A DNA stretch of 64,000 bases from a virus. Lineage: Duplodnaviria > Caudoviricetes. Every line of letters starts with the position of its first letter. The first letter of the stretch is position 1. The notes below the pieces were generated by a model. It saw only the letters and a program-made list of their open reading frames with translations. It searched no databases and was not told the origin of the DNA. The stretch lies in IMG/VR virus record IMGVR_UViG_3300046689_000961, positions 575-64,574 of that record; one strand, written 5' to 3'. This document shows, in pieces, positions 46,310 to 56,014 of this stretch. The translations under genes were made by a program, and so were the position numbers.

Positions 46310-46516
46310 ATGTTCACACTGACGATCACGACGGACAACGCGGCATTTGAGGAGGACGCCCGCGGCGAGGTGGCGCGGATTCTCCGCACGGCGGCCGCGG
46401 CGATTGAGGCCGGCCGCGATACCGCCCGGTTGCGGGATGCGAACGGGAACACGGTCGGGAGCTTTGACCTGGACGTGCGCGCGGCCGACGGTGACGGCGC
46501 CACGGGGAGGGACTGA
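46310..46516 (+). CDS. Conserved small phage protein
   Basis: FTLTITTDNAAF...EVARILR...LRDANGNTVG; RBS GAGGGAGG. Confidence 0.75.
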   Translation: MFTLTITTDNAAFEEDARGEVARILRTAAAAIEAGRDTARLRDANGNTVGSFDLDVRAADGDGATGRD

Positions 46517-46518
46517 TC

Positions 46519-46923
46519 ATGCTGCTTAAGGGGATCGATCTGACCGACCGCCAGCGCGCGCAAGTCCTGGCGGCGTACGTCCAGCGGTGGACGCATGAGA
46601 ACGCCCGGCAGACCTACGGCGGCCGGTGTCCGGGCTGCGCGCAGTCCGGGCCGTTTCCGGGGGTGCTCAGGGGGCAGCCGTCAGACGGCCGCATCTGGAC
46701 CGAGGCCGAGTGGCACGCCTACCACGTGCCGCTTATGAGTGACGCGGCCTGGGTGGCCGCGCATGCGTTCGAGTTCCTCAAGGACGGTTCACGGCTGAGC
46801 ACACGCGCGCATGATGCGCGGCCGGCGTACCGTACCGAGTGGGCGCGGCCGGTGGGCCCGGCCGCCCCAGCCGGTACGGTACGTACAGCCGGGACAGCCG
46901 TACAGGGAGGCCGCCATGAGTAA
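46519..46923 (+). CDS. Early hypothetical protein
   Basis: LTDRQRAQVLAAYVQRWTHEN; RBS GGAGG. Confidence 0.6.
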   Translation: MLLKGIDLTDRQRAQVLAAYVQRWTHENARQTYGGRCPGCAQSGPFPGVLRGQPSDGRIWTEAEWHAYHVPLMSDAAWVAAHAFEFLKDGSRLSTRAHDARPAYRTEWARPVGPAAPAGTVRTAGTAVQGGRHE

Positions 46924-47377
46924 AGCCAGCCAGCGCGACGAGTTCCTCGTGGCGTTTGTCCGCGACCGGGTGTGTCAGGGCGATCAGCCCGTACACCTGG
47001 CCGTGGCCGACGGCCGGACGATGCTCCGGTACGCGGCCACGCTGCAGCGCCTGGCCGAAGCGCAGTGTAACGGCGACTGGCCGGCCGACAACGGCGAGCG
47101 CCGGACGGTGGTGTGCTCGAGCTGCGAAGGCGGGTGGGCGCCGGTCGCCATGATGCGGGCGCCGGAGCTGGCCAAGGCTAACGACGATCCCCCGGCGACG
47201 AAGTACTGCCCGGACTGCCGTACGGCGTTCCGAGTGAAACGCCTGGCCGCCCAGTACGGGTACCTCGCGCGCGTCGGCGGCGACCCGCGCGGGTACGTCG
47301 TGCAGCTCGTCCCGCTGGGGACCAGCCATGAGGACGCCGAGAGTGGGCGGGTGCGGGGGATCGGCGTTCCCGCCTAG
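46916..47377 (+). CDS. Early hypothetical protein with zinc-finger insertion
   Basis: LQRLAEAQCNG...GDPRGY; RBS GGGAGG. Confidence 0.65.
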   Translation: MSKASQRDEFLVAFVRDRVCQGDQPVHLAVADGRTMLRYAATLQRLAEAQCNGDWPADNGERRTVVCSSCEGGWAPVAMMRAPELAKANDDPPATKYCPDCRTAFRVKRLAAQYGYLARVGGDPRGYVVQLVPLGTSHEDAESGRVRGIGVPA

Positions 47378-47465
47378 GATGCCCTCAGACAGGCGATCGG
47401 CCCCCCGGTCGCCTGTCTCCCTGTCGCGGGGGGCCGATCGCCCCGCCTGCCAAGGACCGGCGCCT

Positions 47466-47951
47466 ATGAGTGACGACCTGGACGACGACCCCAAGCCCCC
47501 GCACGGCCCGCGCATCTACGGCCACATCGCCGCGGCCGAGCTGACGTGCCCGCGCTGTGGCACGTTTCACCGTTTCGGCAATAGCGGCGCCCGGGCGCGC
47601 GTGACGGCGCAGAATCCCTACGATTACAAAACCGGCGTGTTTCGCTGTGGGGTGGGGAGCTGCAAGTACCGCGCGTACCTCGGGATTGTGTGCTGGCCGA
47701 TTAAGCCGACGCGCCATTCCCTCACCCGGCCGCCTGATCACGTGCCCACGCCTGGCGAGGCGGCGCAGATGCGCATCCTCGGGTCGTTCGCGTCCGGCGG
47801 GAGACTCGGCGCCCGGCGCGAGCAAAAGACGCACCTCGAGTGCATTTGCGGCACGCCGTGCCCGGTCCACACGGCGCCGCCTGAACCGACCGGGCTGAAG
47901 GACGCCACCCCGCGTCGAGCCCCGGTGACGCGCTCGGACGCTGACGAGTAG
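47466..47951 (+). CDS. Cys-rich zinc-binding protein
   Basis: TCPRCG, FRCGVGSC, CICGTPCPVH. Confidence 0.5.
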   Translation: MSDDLDDDPKPPHGPRIYGHIAAAELTCPRCGTFHRFGNSGARARVTAQNPYDYKTGVFRCGVGSCKYRAYLGIVCWPIKPTRHSLTRPPDHVPTPGEAAQMRILGSFASGGRLGARREQKTHLECICGTPCPVHTAPPEPTGLKDATPRRAPVTRSDADE

Positions 47952-47984
47952 CCGGGGCGACTTTCGCCCTCGCCGGCCATCCCG

Positions 47985-48240
47985 TTTATGCATGCAATGT
48001 ATGCATACGATATTGTAACCCCTTATAGAGGTTAGTGGCAGGTGGCACATGGTGGGTTAACTCTATGATTCTGCTCGTCTAACTCGTCTGCCACTCTATT
48101 ATTGTAATAGTGGCAGGTGGCACATGGTGACTGCCACGGCGTACCATCTGCCACAGTACCTGCCACCCCTCGTGGCAGATGGTTAACGCTTTTAATTGGA
48201 TATAGATAGGTGTGGTTGGGGGTGTCACCTGCCACCACTT
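47985..48240. repeat. AT-rich iteron-like region, putative replication origin
   Basis: 22-bp direct repeat TAGTGGCAGGTGGCACATGGTG (48033, 48108) and eight GTGGCAG/CTGCCAC heptamers in low-GC intergenic DNA. Confidence 0.65.
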
Positions 48241-48298
48241 CCCCCCCTTAGCGGGGGGTCTGTATAGTGGCGGTGGGGGTCTTGAGGGGGTCTTTCGC

Positions 48299-49258
48299 CT
48301 AGCCGATCGTGAGTGTTCCGGTCGGCATCCACAGCCCTTTATCGGGCTGGGAGATGAGCCCCTTGGCCTCGAGCGCACGGAGGCGACGGTAGAGCGTGCG
48401 CGGCGGAATCTTGGCCCGCTCGAGGATCTCGGCCGTAGCCGTCGGGGTCGGCGGCTCGTTGAGGAGCGCGTAGACGGCCATGAGGTCCTCGGCCGGGATC
48501 TGGGTGACGCCCGGGTCGTCGCTGGCCGTCTCGTCGACGGTCGTGAAGCTGAGGAGCCCGGTCGTCTCGTCCCGTTTGAGGTACCACGTCTCGGCTTTGG
48601 CCAGATGGGGATTCACGTAGCACTGCAGGAGCCCATCGTCGCGTCCCGTCTCGTCCGGGCCGGCGAGGTTCATTTGGGTACTGGTGAAGCCGAGGAGCGC
48701 CCCGGTCCCGTTGATACGATCCTGCATCCGCAGGTACCGCTCGCCCTTGTCCGCTTTCTGCTTGGACGTGTGACACACGCCGACCAGGCAGTGCCCGTGG
48801 TCCATGGCGTACCGTTGGATCTCGATACAGCTCAACGCGACCGTGTGGTAGTCGAGGAGGTTCCCGCCCATGAACAAGGCGGCCGGATCAATGAAGATGA
48901 TCCCCGGTTCGGCCAGCTCGAGGCGGTCCACGCATTCGATGAGCGCGGCCGGCCCGCTGGCGCGCTTACTGATTTTCATGAGGTCGAACGTGCGGTCATC
49001 GACGAGCGAGTACTGGGCAATCTCGGAGAAGCCCACGCGATCGAACCACTGGCGGGACTCCTGCCAGCTGCGGTCCCCGGTGATGTAGCCGACCAGGCTG
49101 CGCGTGGCCTGGTGGCCGCCAATCTGGCCGCCCTCGTGGAACGTGCGCGCCAACATGGCGATAAAGGCCGTCTTCCCGACGCCGCTGGCGCCGGAGAGCA
49201 GCGAGAGCGAGCCGGCCGTGAAGAAGTGGGGCAGCGGATCGGGCGTCGTCGTGGGCAT
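48299..49258 (-). CDS. RepA/AAA_25-type helicase-like ATPase with C-terminal HTH
   Basis: Walker A GASGVGKT, Walker B IIFIDP, VCHTSK, INGTGAL; HTH IPPRTLYRRLRAL. Confidence 0.75.
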   Translation of the reverse strand: MPTTTPDPLPHFFTAGSLSLLSGASGVGKTAFIAMLARTFHEGGQIGGHQATRSLVGYITGDRSWQESRQWFDRVGFSEIAQYSLVDDRTFDLMKISKRASGPAALIECVDRLELAEPGIIFIDPAALFMGGNLLDYHTVALSCIEIQRYAMDHGHCLVGVCHTSKQKADKGERYLRMQDRINGTGALLGFTSTQMNLAGPDETGRDDGLLQCYVNPHLAKAETWYLKRDETTGLLSFTTVDETASDDPGVTQIPAEDLMAVYALLNEPPTPTATAEILERAKIPPRTLYRRLRALEAKGLISQPDKGLWMPTGTLTIG

Positions 49259-49268
49259 GGCCGCGGCT

Positions 49269-49417
49269 ACAGTATCTCCGCGACGGCGCCACGTCAATAG
49301 TGTGGTAACTGCGCGACACCCCCACATTTAGTGGCTTGACTGCCAGATGGGACATGGCGCACCATGTCACCCGTGTCACATAACCACTTGACAGCCGTTG
49401 CGGCCCTCGACTAGGAT
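49269..49417. promoter_or_regulatory. Divergent promoters between the helicase gene and the replication operon
   Basis: Minus strand TTGACG-N17-TACTGT; plus strand TTGACA-N18-TAGGAT 7 nt before ATG 49425 (leaderless). Confidence 0.55.
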
Positions 49418-49424
49418 TCAATCC

Positions 49425-49718
49425 ATGCCTGATACCGCCGCAGTTACCGCCGCCGTACTCGTCCCGACGATTGAACGAGTCGGCCAGAACCCCTACCCCG
49501 ACAAGCCGCTCGAGGAGCGCGCCGCCGCACTCCAGCCCGGCGAGCCGCTGAAGATTCAGATTCGCCCACTCATCTACACGAATCCGGGGAACCCGACGCC
49601 GTTCGTGTTCATGAGCGGCGTGAGCTGGACGCTGCTGTTCCCGAAGCTCGAGGAGGCCAAGGCGTTCCGGGCTGACCTGGACGCGTGGATTCGGGCGTGG
49701 GTCGAGGCGAGGCAGTAA
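49425..49718 (+). CDS. Hypothetical protein
   Basis: First gene after the promoter, TAATG coupling. Confidence 0.6.
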   Translation: MPDTAAVTAAVLVPTIERVGQNPYPDKPLEERAAALQPGEPLKIQIRPLIYTNPGNPTPFVFMSGVSWTLLFPKLEEAKAFRADLDAWIRAWVEARQ

Positions 49719-50005
49719 TGGCCGGCCTCCTCTACACGAATACGCAGGTGAACGGCGCGACCGTCGCGACGAGTTCGTGCGTCCTCAGCGGCAGCGCCGA
49801 GGCGCCCGACGAGCACCATGTCGCGTTTGCGAGGCAGCTCGGTGAGGGATCTCCCGTGTTGACGCTCCACGTCGATACGTGGGTGCCGGAGCGGAACCGG
49901 CGAGACCGGCTCTCGTGCTCCTTCGCAGACTTCGTGGCGTGGCTCGAGGCGCGCGAGGCGGCGGCGGCGAGTGTGCTGGACGCCTCGGGCGACGACGGCG
50001 CGTAG
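49718..50005 (+). CDS. Hypothetical protein
   Basis: Coupled start MAGLLY. Confidence 0.55.
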   Translation: MAGLLYTNTQVNGATVATSSCVLSGSAEAPDEHHVAFARQLGEGSPVLTLHVDTWVPERNRRDRLSCSFADFVAWLEAREAAAASVLDASGDDGA

Positions 50006-50007
50006 CC

Positions 50008-51387
50008 ATGGCCCTCACCCTTTGGCTTGTCGACCGCTCGCGGTACGAGACCGGCACCGGCCACTGTGCCTGGGACCGCTACCTCACCTATCACGCCGGC
50101 CCGAACGGGTACGGGTACGCGCGCCTGGCCCAGTCGGTGCCGACGGTCACCGGGACGCTGATTCACGAGCCGATTGCGGCGATTCTGCAATGGTGTGAGG
50201 AGTACGACCGGTTGCCGACCGACACGTTCGTCTACGCGGCCATTCGCCAAGCGATCGAGACGTACGACCGCCTCGTCGAGACGCGCGGGTTGACGACGCT
50301 CGGTGACCCCGAGGCCCTCGCCAAGCGGACGAAGGAGCAGACGCAGCTGCTCGAGGGCCTCGTCTGGGCGTGGGCACGCGTGACGCTCCCCGCCTTCCTC
50401 ACCGAGTGGCAAGTGGTCCAAGTCGAGACCGAACGGGTGACCGTCATCGGATGTACCTGTGGGCTGGGCGACCGCATCGGCGAGGCCGAGGCCCACGACG
50501 CGCGCGAGTGCCAAGGCATCGGCTGGATGACGCGCGGAGACTGCATCGCGCGCCGGCGGCAGACGGGGGGCCTGGCCTACCACGACGTGAAGACGGCCTC
50601 GATGCTGTCGGCGAACTGGGAGGCGGCCTATAACTACCGCGTGCAGCTCATCGCGGGCGTGCTCGGCGACGAGCGCGTGCTCGGCCAGACCATCGACGAG
50701 GTGTACCTCTGGCCGCTGCTCAAGGGGAAGTACGAGTCGACCTGGAATGCCGAGGAGGGGAAGGCCAGCGGGCCCAAGTTTCAGAACTCGCCGCTCGTCT
50801 ACGGCTGGAAGAAGGCCGCCAACCCGCCGCTCTGGGACGAGGAGTGGGCGACCAGCTTCTACTACGTGGGCGACGACGGCAAACGCCACCGGCTGGGGAA
50901 GCTCTTCGAGCGGACGCCGCTCTGGGAGATGGACGTGGCCACCTGGGCCGGGTGCCTGTCGCCGGGGGATTACTGGACGCGCGTGCTGCTCAACGAGGGC
51001 AAGCTCGGCGAGACGAGCCGCGTGATTGGCCCGATTCACCGGGATGACTGGAAGCTCGAGAGTTTCCTGCGCGAGCTGCGCGGCGAGGAACGTCGGTGGC
51101 AAGAGACGCTGTGGGCGCTGCACGAGACGGGCGGCGTCTGGGGCGAGGCGGCCTTTATGGCGGCGCTCGAAGCGCGCGTCACGCAGAACCGCGGCGACGC
51201 CTGCCACCAGTACTTCGGCGAGACGTGTAGCAAGCTGGCGCTGTGCGAGCGCACGCCGGGCTGGGAACGGCCTGAGACGATCGGGTACATCGCGCGCCGG
51301 CCGCATCACCAGCCCGAGCTGGAGCAAGCGATTAGCCGAGGACTCCTGCCGCCCACTGACGGCGCGGCAGATACCGTAGAGGAGTGA
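50008..51387 (+). CDS. PD-(D/E)XK (Cas4/RecB-like) exonuclease
   Basis: DRSR..C..RY, GTLIHE, VETE, RGDCI, YHDVKT, VQL, C-terminal C...C..C cluster. Confidence 0.75.
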   Translation: MALTLWLVDRSRYETGTGHCAWDRYLTYHAGPNGYGYARLAQSVPTVTGTLIHEPIAAILQWCEEYDRLPTDTFVYAAIRQAIETYDRLVETRGLTTLGDPEALAKRTKEQTQLLEGLVWAWARVTLPAFLTEWQVVQVETERVTVIGCTCGLGDRIGEAEAHDARECQGIGWMTRGDCIARRRQTGGLAYHDVKTASMLSANWEAAYNYRVQLIAGVLGDERVLGQTIDEVYLWPLLKGKYESTWNAEEGKASGPKFQNSPLVYGWKKAANPPLWDEEWATSFYYVGDDGKRHRLGKLFERTPLWEMDVATWAGCLSPGDYWTRVLLNEGKLGETSRVIGPIHRDDWKLESFLRELRGEERRWQETLWALHETGGVWGEAAFMAALEARVTQNRGDACHQYFGETCSKLALCERTPGWERPETIGYIARRPHHQPELEQAISRGLLPPTDGAADTVEE

Positions 51388-51641
51388 CGGACATGGCGAG
51401 ACGACTGACGAAGACGAGACGACGGACGACGACGGTGCCGAACGGGGGCACGGTGACGTACCCCACGATGCCCGAGCTGATTCACCCGCTGCCGCCGCCG
51501 CGCGGGTTCTTCACGCAGCTCCCGTCGACCGAGCTGGTGGCGTCGCTGCACGGGGCGCTCATCCAGACGATTAACTACGGGGTGAAGCCGAGCGACCTCG
51601 ACCTGCTGCGCGACGAGTGCGTGCGCCGGGGCCTCCTGTAG
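51384..51641 (+). CDS. Hypothetical protein
   Basis: 85 aa with RBS GAGGAG. Confidence 0.5.
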   Translation: MTDMARRLTKTRRRTTTVPNGGTVTYPTMPELIHPLPPPRGFFTQLPSTELVASLHGALIQTINYGVKPSDLDLLRDECVRRGLL

Positions 51642-51643
51642 CC

Positions 51644-51859
51644 ATGGCCACCGACTACACCCAGGGCGTCTTCCGTCGCGTGAAGTACGAGCTGATCTAC
51701 GAAGGCACCGAGACGTGGGTCGGCGAGACGCTCATGCGATCACTGATGAACACCGACCGGTCGCCCACCCCGCCGGCGGCCGTGCGCTATACGACGCCGT
51801 ACGGGGAGATTCGCCGGCTGCTGGTGAGCGACGAGACGATCGACGGGAGGACGCTGTGA
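51644..51859 (+). CDS. Hypothetical protein
   Basis: MATDYTQG..., in operon. Confidence 0.5.
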   Translation: MATDYTQGVFRRVKYELIYEGTETWVGETLMRSLMNTDRSPTPPAAVRYTTPYGEIRRLLVSDETIDGRTL

Positions 51860-52290
51860 GCGATCCCATCGTCCCGCCGCCCGGGTTCCGCGGCCGGCAA
51901 CCTCACGAGCGTGAGGCGCTCGAGCGGGCGCCGTTCAAGTGGCGCTGCGGGACGTGCGGGACCGAGCACTACACGCCGCCCGAGGACGGCTGTCAGAGCT
52001 GTGGCATGGGCACGCAGGCCGAGGTCGCGCGTGCGGTCGCCAGTCGCGAAGCCGAGACGGTGACTGATGCGGAGTTCACGCGCACGGTGTTCGCGCCGGC
52101 GAACGACGACGGCGAGGTCTTCAGCGCGAAGGCGTGGAAGACGATCGCGGCCGCCCTGGCCTTCTATCTGGCGCAGGGGCCGCCGCCTGAAGCCGAGGAA
52201 CTCCCGCGGGTGTACGTGCGGGCGTGGCTCACGCGCATCCTCGAGGACGACGACCCGGCGAAGGACGACGAGGATCCGACGACCGACTGA
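51856..52290 (+). CDS. Zinc-ribbon hypothetical protein
   Basis: GTGA coupling; WRCGTCG...GCQSCG. Confidence 0.55.
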   Translation: MSDPIVPPPGFRGRQPHEREALERAPFKWRCGTCGTEHYTPPEDGCQSCGMGTQAEVARAVASREAETVTDAEFTRTVFAPANDDGEVFSAKAWKTIAAALAFYLAQGPPPEAEELPRVYVRAWLTRILEDDDPAKDDEDPTTD

Positions 52291-52325
52291 CCGGCCCTGT
52301 CACGGGCCACGGAGAGACTGACGAC

Positions 52326-53840
52326 ATGACTGAAACCGTAACGACCCCAGCGGACGCGACGCCAAAAACCGACGAGACGAGTGCCGCCTCGCCCTCGGCC
52401 ACCCTCGTGATGGGCCCGAGTGGCTCAGGCAAGTCGAGCCTGCTCGCCACGGCGGCCGAGTACTGCTGGGAGACCTTCAAGAAGGTGTCCCTCTACTACT
52501 GCGCCGACGGCGGAGGCTACCCGACGCAGATGCAGGCGCTCATCAACCACGGCATCGTGCGCGTGTGGCGCGTGCGCTCGCGGAGCGGGCCGGGACTCGT
52601 GCCCGAGACGATCCACCGGGCCAGCCAAGGCTGGTGGCCGGTGTCGGTCGACCCGCGAACCGGCGAGACGGCCGCCTCGGTGAAGCTCGTGCCGCCGATG
52701 ACCGAGACCTACGAGACGCGCTGCCCCAACGGCCACCTCGTGCAGGTGTCGCCGATGCAGGCGTTCCCGCCGGCGGGGAAACCGTGCCCGACCTGCGCGG
52801 TGCTCGTGAGCGCGGCCAACATGCAGGTGACGCGTACCAGCCGGCGCACCAAGGGGTTCGAGACCGTGGGCGCGGTGCTCCACGACGGGCTCACGTCCTA
52901 CTCCAGCTGGCTCATGGACGACTTGAGTCGCCGGAACCTCGGCGGCGAGCAGAGCAACCTCGGCGGGATTGTCGAGTCGGGCAGCCTGCGGTTTGGCAGC
53001 AACAACCGGGCCCAGTACGGGTTCACCCAGGCGCGGGCGGAGAACTGGATCCTCAATGCCCAGTCGATTCCCGGCATGGTCATGTCGCCCATCTGGACGG
53101 CCCTGCCCAAGGAAGGCGACGACGAGAGTCTCACCGTCGTCGGCCCAGACTTCGCCGGGAGCGCCAAGATCGCGGCCGCGCTCCAGTGGTTCGGGAACAC
53201 GTTCGAGGTGATGGAGGTCGAGCGGGACGGGAAGAAGTACCGACGCATCATGCTGTCGCCCTACGTCGACGCGGCCGGCCGCCGGCACATGTGTAAGACG
53301 CGCAGCGCGCCGGGCTATCTCCCCGCCTACGTCGAAGACGAGGTCGTCACCGAGACGGGCAAGCGGCCGGACGGCCGGACGTTTGTCGACTTCAGCCTCG
53401 GCTCGGTCTTCCGCATGATCGACCGCGTGCGCGTCGAACTCGAGTCCGACTACAAGGGGAAGTACCCCGACGCCCCGGGGTTGGGCGCCGGCGAGGTCGG
53501 GGACGCGGCGCCGGAGGGTCCGGCCTCGAGCGGGGTGACAGCCGCCGGAGTGACACCCGCGTCTCCGATCGCGCCGGCCGTCGGCAGCGGAGGGGGACGA
53601 CCGCTCAGCCCGGCCGAGCTGGTCGCCCAGCGCCAGAAGAAGGCGGTCGTGGCGGCCGCCCCGGTGGCGACGCCGGCCGTAGTGGCCGAGTCGACGACCG
53701 CGCAGACGGCGACCGCCGGCCCGACCGCACCGCCGCCAGTCTTGGCCGCGCCGACCGGGCCCAAGCCGATTAGTGTCAGCCCTCCCGGACGACGGCCGTC
53801 GACGTCGACGCCGCCGCCTGCGGAGACGAAAGTCGAGTAG
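52326..53840 (+). CDS. AAA_24/Sak4-like P-loop ATPase (recombination) with zinc-finger insertion
   Basis: LVMGPSGSGKSS, LHDGLT, CPNGH...CPTC insertion, Pro/Ala tail; flanked by an exonuclease and an SSB-like gene. Confidence 0.7.
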   Translation: MTETVTTPADATPKTDETSAASPSATLVMGPSGSGKSSLLATAAEYCWETFKKVSLYYCADGGGYPTQMQALINHGIVRVWRVRSRSGPGLVPETIHRASQGWWPVSVDPRTGETAASVKLVPPMTETYETRCPNGHLVQVSPMQAFPPAGKPCPTCAVLVSAANMQVTRTSRRTKGFETVGAVLHDGLTSYSSWLMDDLSRRNLGGEQSNLGGIVESGSLRFGSNNRAQYGFTQARAENWILNAQSIPGMVMSPIWTALPKEGDDESLTVVGPDFAGSAKIAAALQWFGNTFEVMEVERDGKKYRRIMLSPYVDAAGRRHMCKTRSAPGYLPAYVEDEVVTETGKRPDGRTFVDFSLGSVFRMIDRVRVELESDYKGKYPDAPGLGAGEVGDAAPEGPASSGVTAAGVTPASPIAPAVGSGGGRPLSPAELVAQRQKKAVVAAAPVATPAVVAESTTAQTATAGPTAPPPVLAAPTGPKPISVSPPGRRPSTSTPPPAETKVE

Positions 53841-53900
53841 TCTCACGCGTTCACGTTCGCTGTAGCAGGTACGACCGGCCGCAAAGGAGCGGCCTCTCCC

Positions 53901-54584
53901 ATGAGTCTCCAGGACATCGGTTCCGAAAAGCTGCAAGACACCGTCGACGTCGAGAATTTGCCCGAGCAGGGACGCCAGTTCCCCGACCCGCCCCAGCCCG
54001 GGACGTATCGGTTCGCGCTGTCCCCGCTCGACGACGAGAACTTCAGCGCCATCGACAGCCAGAAGGGCAAGCGCGTCCAGGTGCGCTTCAACGAAGACGC
54101 CCCGCTCGTCATCGTCCAGTCGCCGGCCGGCACGAAGAACGGCGAGACGTTCGAGACGTCGATTTCCAACATCACGCGCGAGCGCGGGAAGAAGGGCAGT
54201 GGCGTCGAGGCGAGCGACTGGGACTACCTCAACAAGGCGTTGAAGGAAGCGGGCCCGCGGCCGGCCAGTAACAAGGAGTTCGCCACCCGGCTCATGGCGA
54301 AGGCCGCGGCGAAGGCCGAGTTTGCGGCCGACGTCGAGTGGAGCTGGCGCTGCACGGCGACCCGTGACGCGTACTTCGCGGCCGCCGACGGCTCGACCCA
54401 GACGGTCCCCGAGACCGACCCGGCGACCGGCCAGCCGACCGGCCGGAACGTCCCGGGCTGCGGCAAGAAGCTCTACCAGAAGGACGTACCCAAGGTGAAC
54501 GGGGTGTACCCGGCCCGCATCACCTGCCCGGACTGCCAGGCCAGCGTGCGGGCGTTCGGCAACCTCACGCGGATTCGGGAGTAG
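53901..54584 (+). CDS. Putative ssDNA-binding protein
   Basis: PPQPGTYRF start motif, position after the Sak4-like gene, RBS AAGGAG. Confidence 0.5.
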   Translation: MSLQDIGSEKLQDTVDVENLPEQGRQFPDPPQPGTYRFALSPLDDENFSAIDSQKGKRVQVRFNEDAPLVIVQSPAGTKNGETFETSISNITRERGKKGSGVEASDWDYLNKALKEAGPRPASNKEFATRLMAKAAAKAEFAADVEWSWRCTATRDAYFAAADGSTQTVPETDPATGQPTGRNVPGCGKKLYQKDVPKVNGVYPARITCPDCQASVRAFGNLTRIRE

Positions 54585-54594
54585 GGGAGGGGTC

Positions 54595-54807
54595 ATGCCA
54601 CGCAGCCGTCTCTCACCGCAACAGAAGCTCATCCACGCCTTCCTCGACTTGAACGGCGCCGAGCAGGCGTCGCTCATCGAGACGTTCATCGCGCTCCAGC
54701 GCCGGGGGGCCCAGGTGCATGGGGCCACCCCGCGGACGCCGGCGGCGAAGACGACGCGCAAGCCGCGTAAGCCGGCCCAGCCGACCCTTCCGGGGACCGG
54801 GGCCTAG
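54595..54807 (+). CDS. Small basic hypothetical protein
   Basis: 70 aa, RBS GGAGG. Confidence 0.55.
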   Translation: MPRSRLSPQQKLIHAFLDLNGAEQASLIETFIALQRRGAQVHGATPRTPAAKTTRKPRKPAQPTLPGTGA

Positions 54808-54808
54808 C

Positions 54809-56014
54809 ATGGCCCGCGTCCCGTTCTTGATCGTTGGCGACGCGCCCGAGGGCCACTCTGGCCTCGGGCGCATCCTGAGAGACCTCCGTCGGCGGCTGAG
54901 TGACGCCGCCGAGGCCGACGCCTTGGGCGTCGACGTGAAGACCTGCGCCTGGGTGGCCGACCCCAAGTACCGCGGCACGCCGCCCTGTGGGCTGGTCACG
55001 GGCCTGGCCGACTGGCGGTTCATGAATATCGAGACGTGGGGCCGGGAAGCGGTGGAGTCGGCATGGCAGTACTTCTACGGCGACCGCCCGGGGATCGTCT
55101 TCACGATCTGGGACCCGGCCCGGTGCCATGCGTTTTTGGAGCTGCCGGCGCACCTGGCCAAGTGGGGCTACTTCGCGGTGGATGGGCATAACCGGCGCAG
55201 CACGTTTGGCGGGCCAGCGGCCGAGGCGGTGAAGGGGTACCAGGGCGTGCTCGCTTACGGGCTGTACGGTGCACAGACGCTCGCGCGTGTCTTCGACGCG
55301 GGTTCACGCGTGGTCGAGTACTTGCCGCACGGCATCGACACGTCGGTCTTCAAGCCGACGATGACGGCCGCCGCGCGGGCGGCCGCCGAGCGCATCATCG
55401 GGGCGCGGCTGACGGACCAGACGCGCGTCATCGGCTGTGTCGCGACCAATCAAGCGAGGAAGGACCTCGGGCTGGTCTTCGAGACGATGGCGAGCCTCAT
55501 CATGCGCGGACAGGACGTCCACCTCTGGTTGCATATCGACGAGCAGGTGACCGAGGCGTGGTCGGTCCCGCAGCTCTATGAAGACTACCCGGCACTGCGC
55601 GGCCGGCTGAGCGTGAGCCAGTCGGTCACGGATGAAGTCCTAGCCGCCTGCTACGCCAGCTGTAGCGTGACGATCGCCCCCGGACGCGGCGAGGGGTTCG
55701 GGTACCCGATCCTCGAGAGCCAGTGGTGCGGGACGCCGGTCGTCGGGTTCGACTACGCCGGCGGGGCCGAGTACCTGCCAGACGCTGGGCGGGCCCGCAC
55801 GCACATGTACCGGCCCGAGGGGCCGTACAACCTGCTGCGCCCGATCGGGGACGCCGGACACTGGGCGAGCCTCATCGAGCGGCTTCTCACGACAGACAAC
55901 GCGTGGACGATGCCCCCGGCCGCCCACCGCACTCGCTGGTCGACCCTCTGGCCCGAGTGGCGCGAGTGGGTGGCGGCCGGCCTCACCGATTGGAGAGAGA
56001 CCCATGGCCACTAA
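54809..56014 (+). CDS. GT-B (GT4-like) glycosyltransferase
   Basis: VGDAP..SGLGRI, LPHGIDTSVF, VATNQARKD, GEGFGYPILESQWCGTPVV. Confidence 0.88.
   Translation: MARVPFLIVGDAPEGHSGLGRILRDLRRRLSDAAEADALGVDVKTCAWVADPKYRGTPPCGLVTGLADWRFMNIETWGREAVESAWQYFYGDRPGIVFTIWDPARCHAFLELPAHLAKWGYFAVDGHNRRSTFGGPAAEAVKGYQGVLAYGLYGAQTLARVFDAGSRVVEYLPHGIDTSVFKPTMTAAARAAAERIIGARLTDQTRVIGCVATNQARKDLGLVFETMASLIMRGQDVHLWLHIDEQVTEAWSVPQLYEDYPALRGRLSVSQSVTDEVLAACYASCSVTIAPGRGEGFGYPILESQWCGTPVVGFDYAGGAEYLPDAGRARTHMYRPEGPYNLLRPIGDAGHWASLIERLLTTDNAWTMPPAAHRTRWSTLWPEWREWVAAGLTDWRETHGH

Noticed and set aside
48030-48240. Repeats as a mini CRISPR array
   Set aside because: Only two long copies plus heptamers in mixed orientation, with no regular spacers and no cas operon.
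50008-51387. Cas4-like nuclease as part of a CRISPR-Cas system
   Set aside because: Its context (Sak4-like ATPase, SSB-like gene) is a standard phage recombination module.
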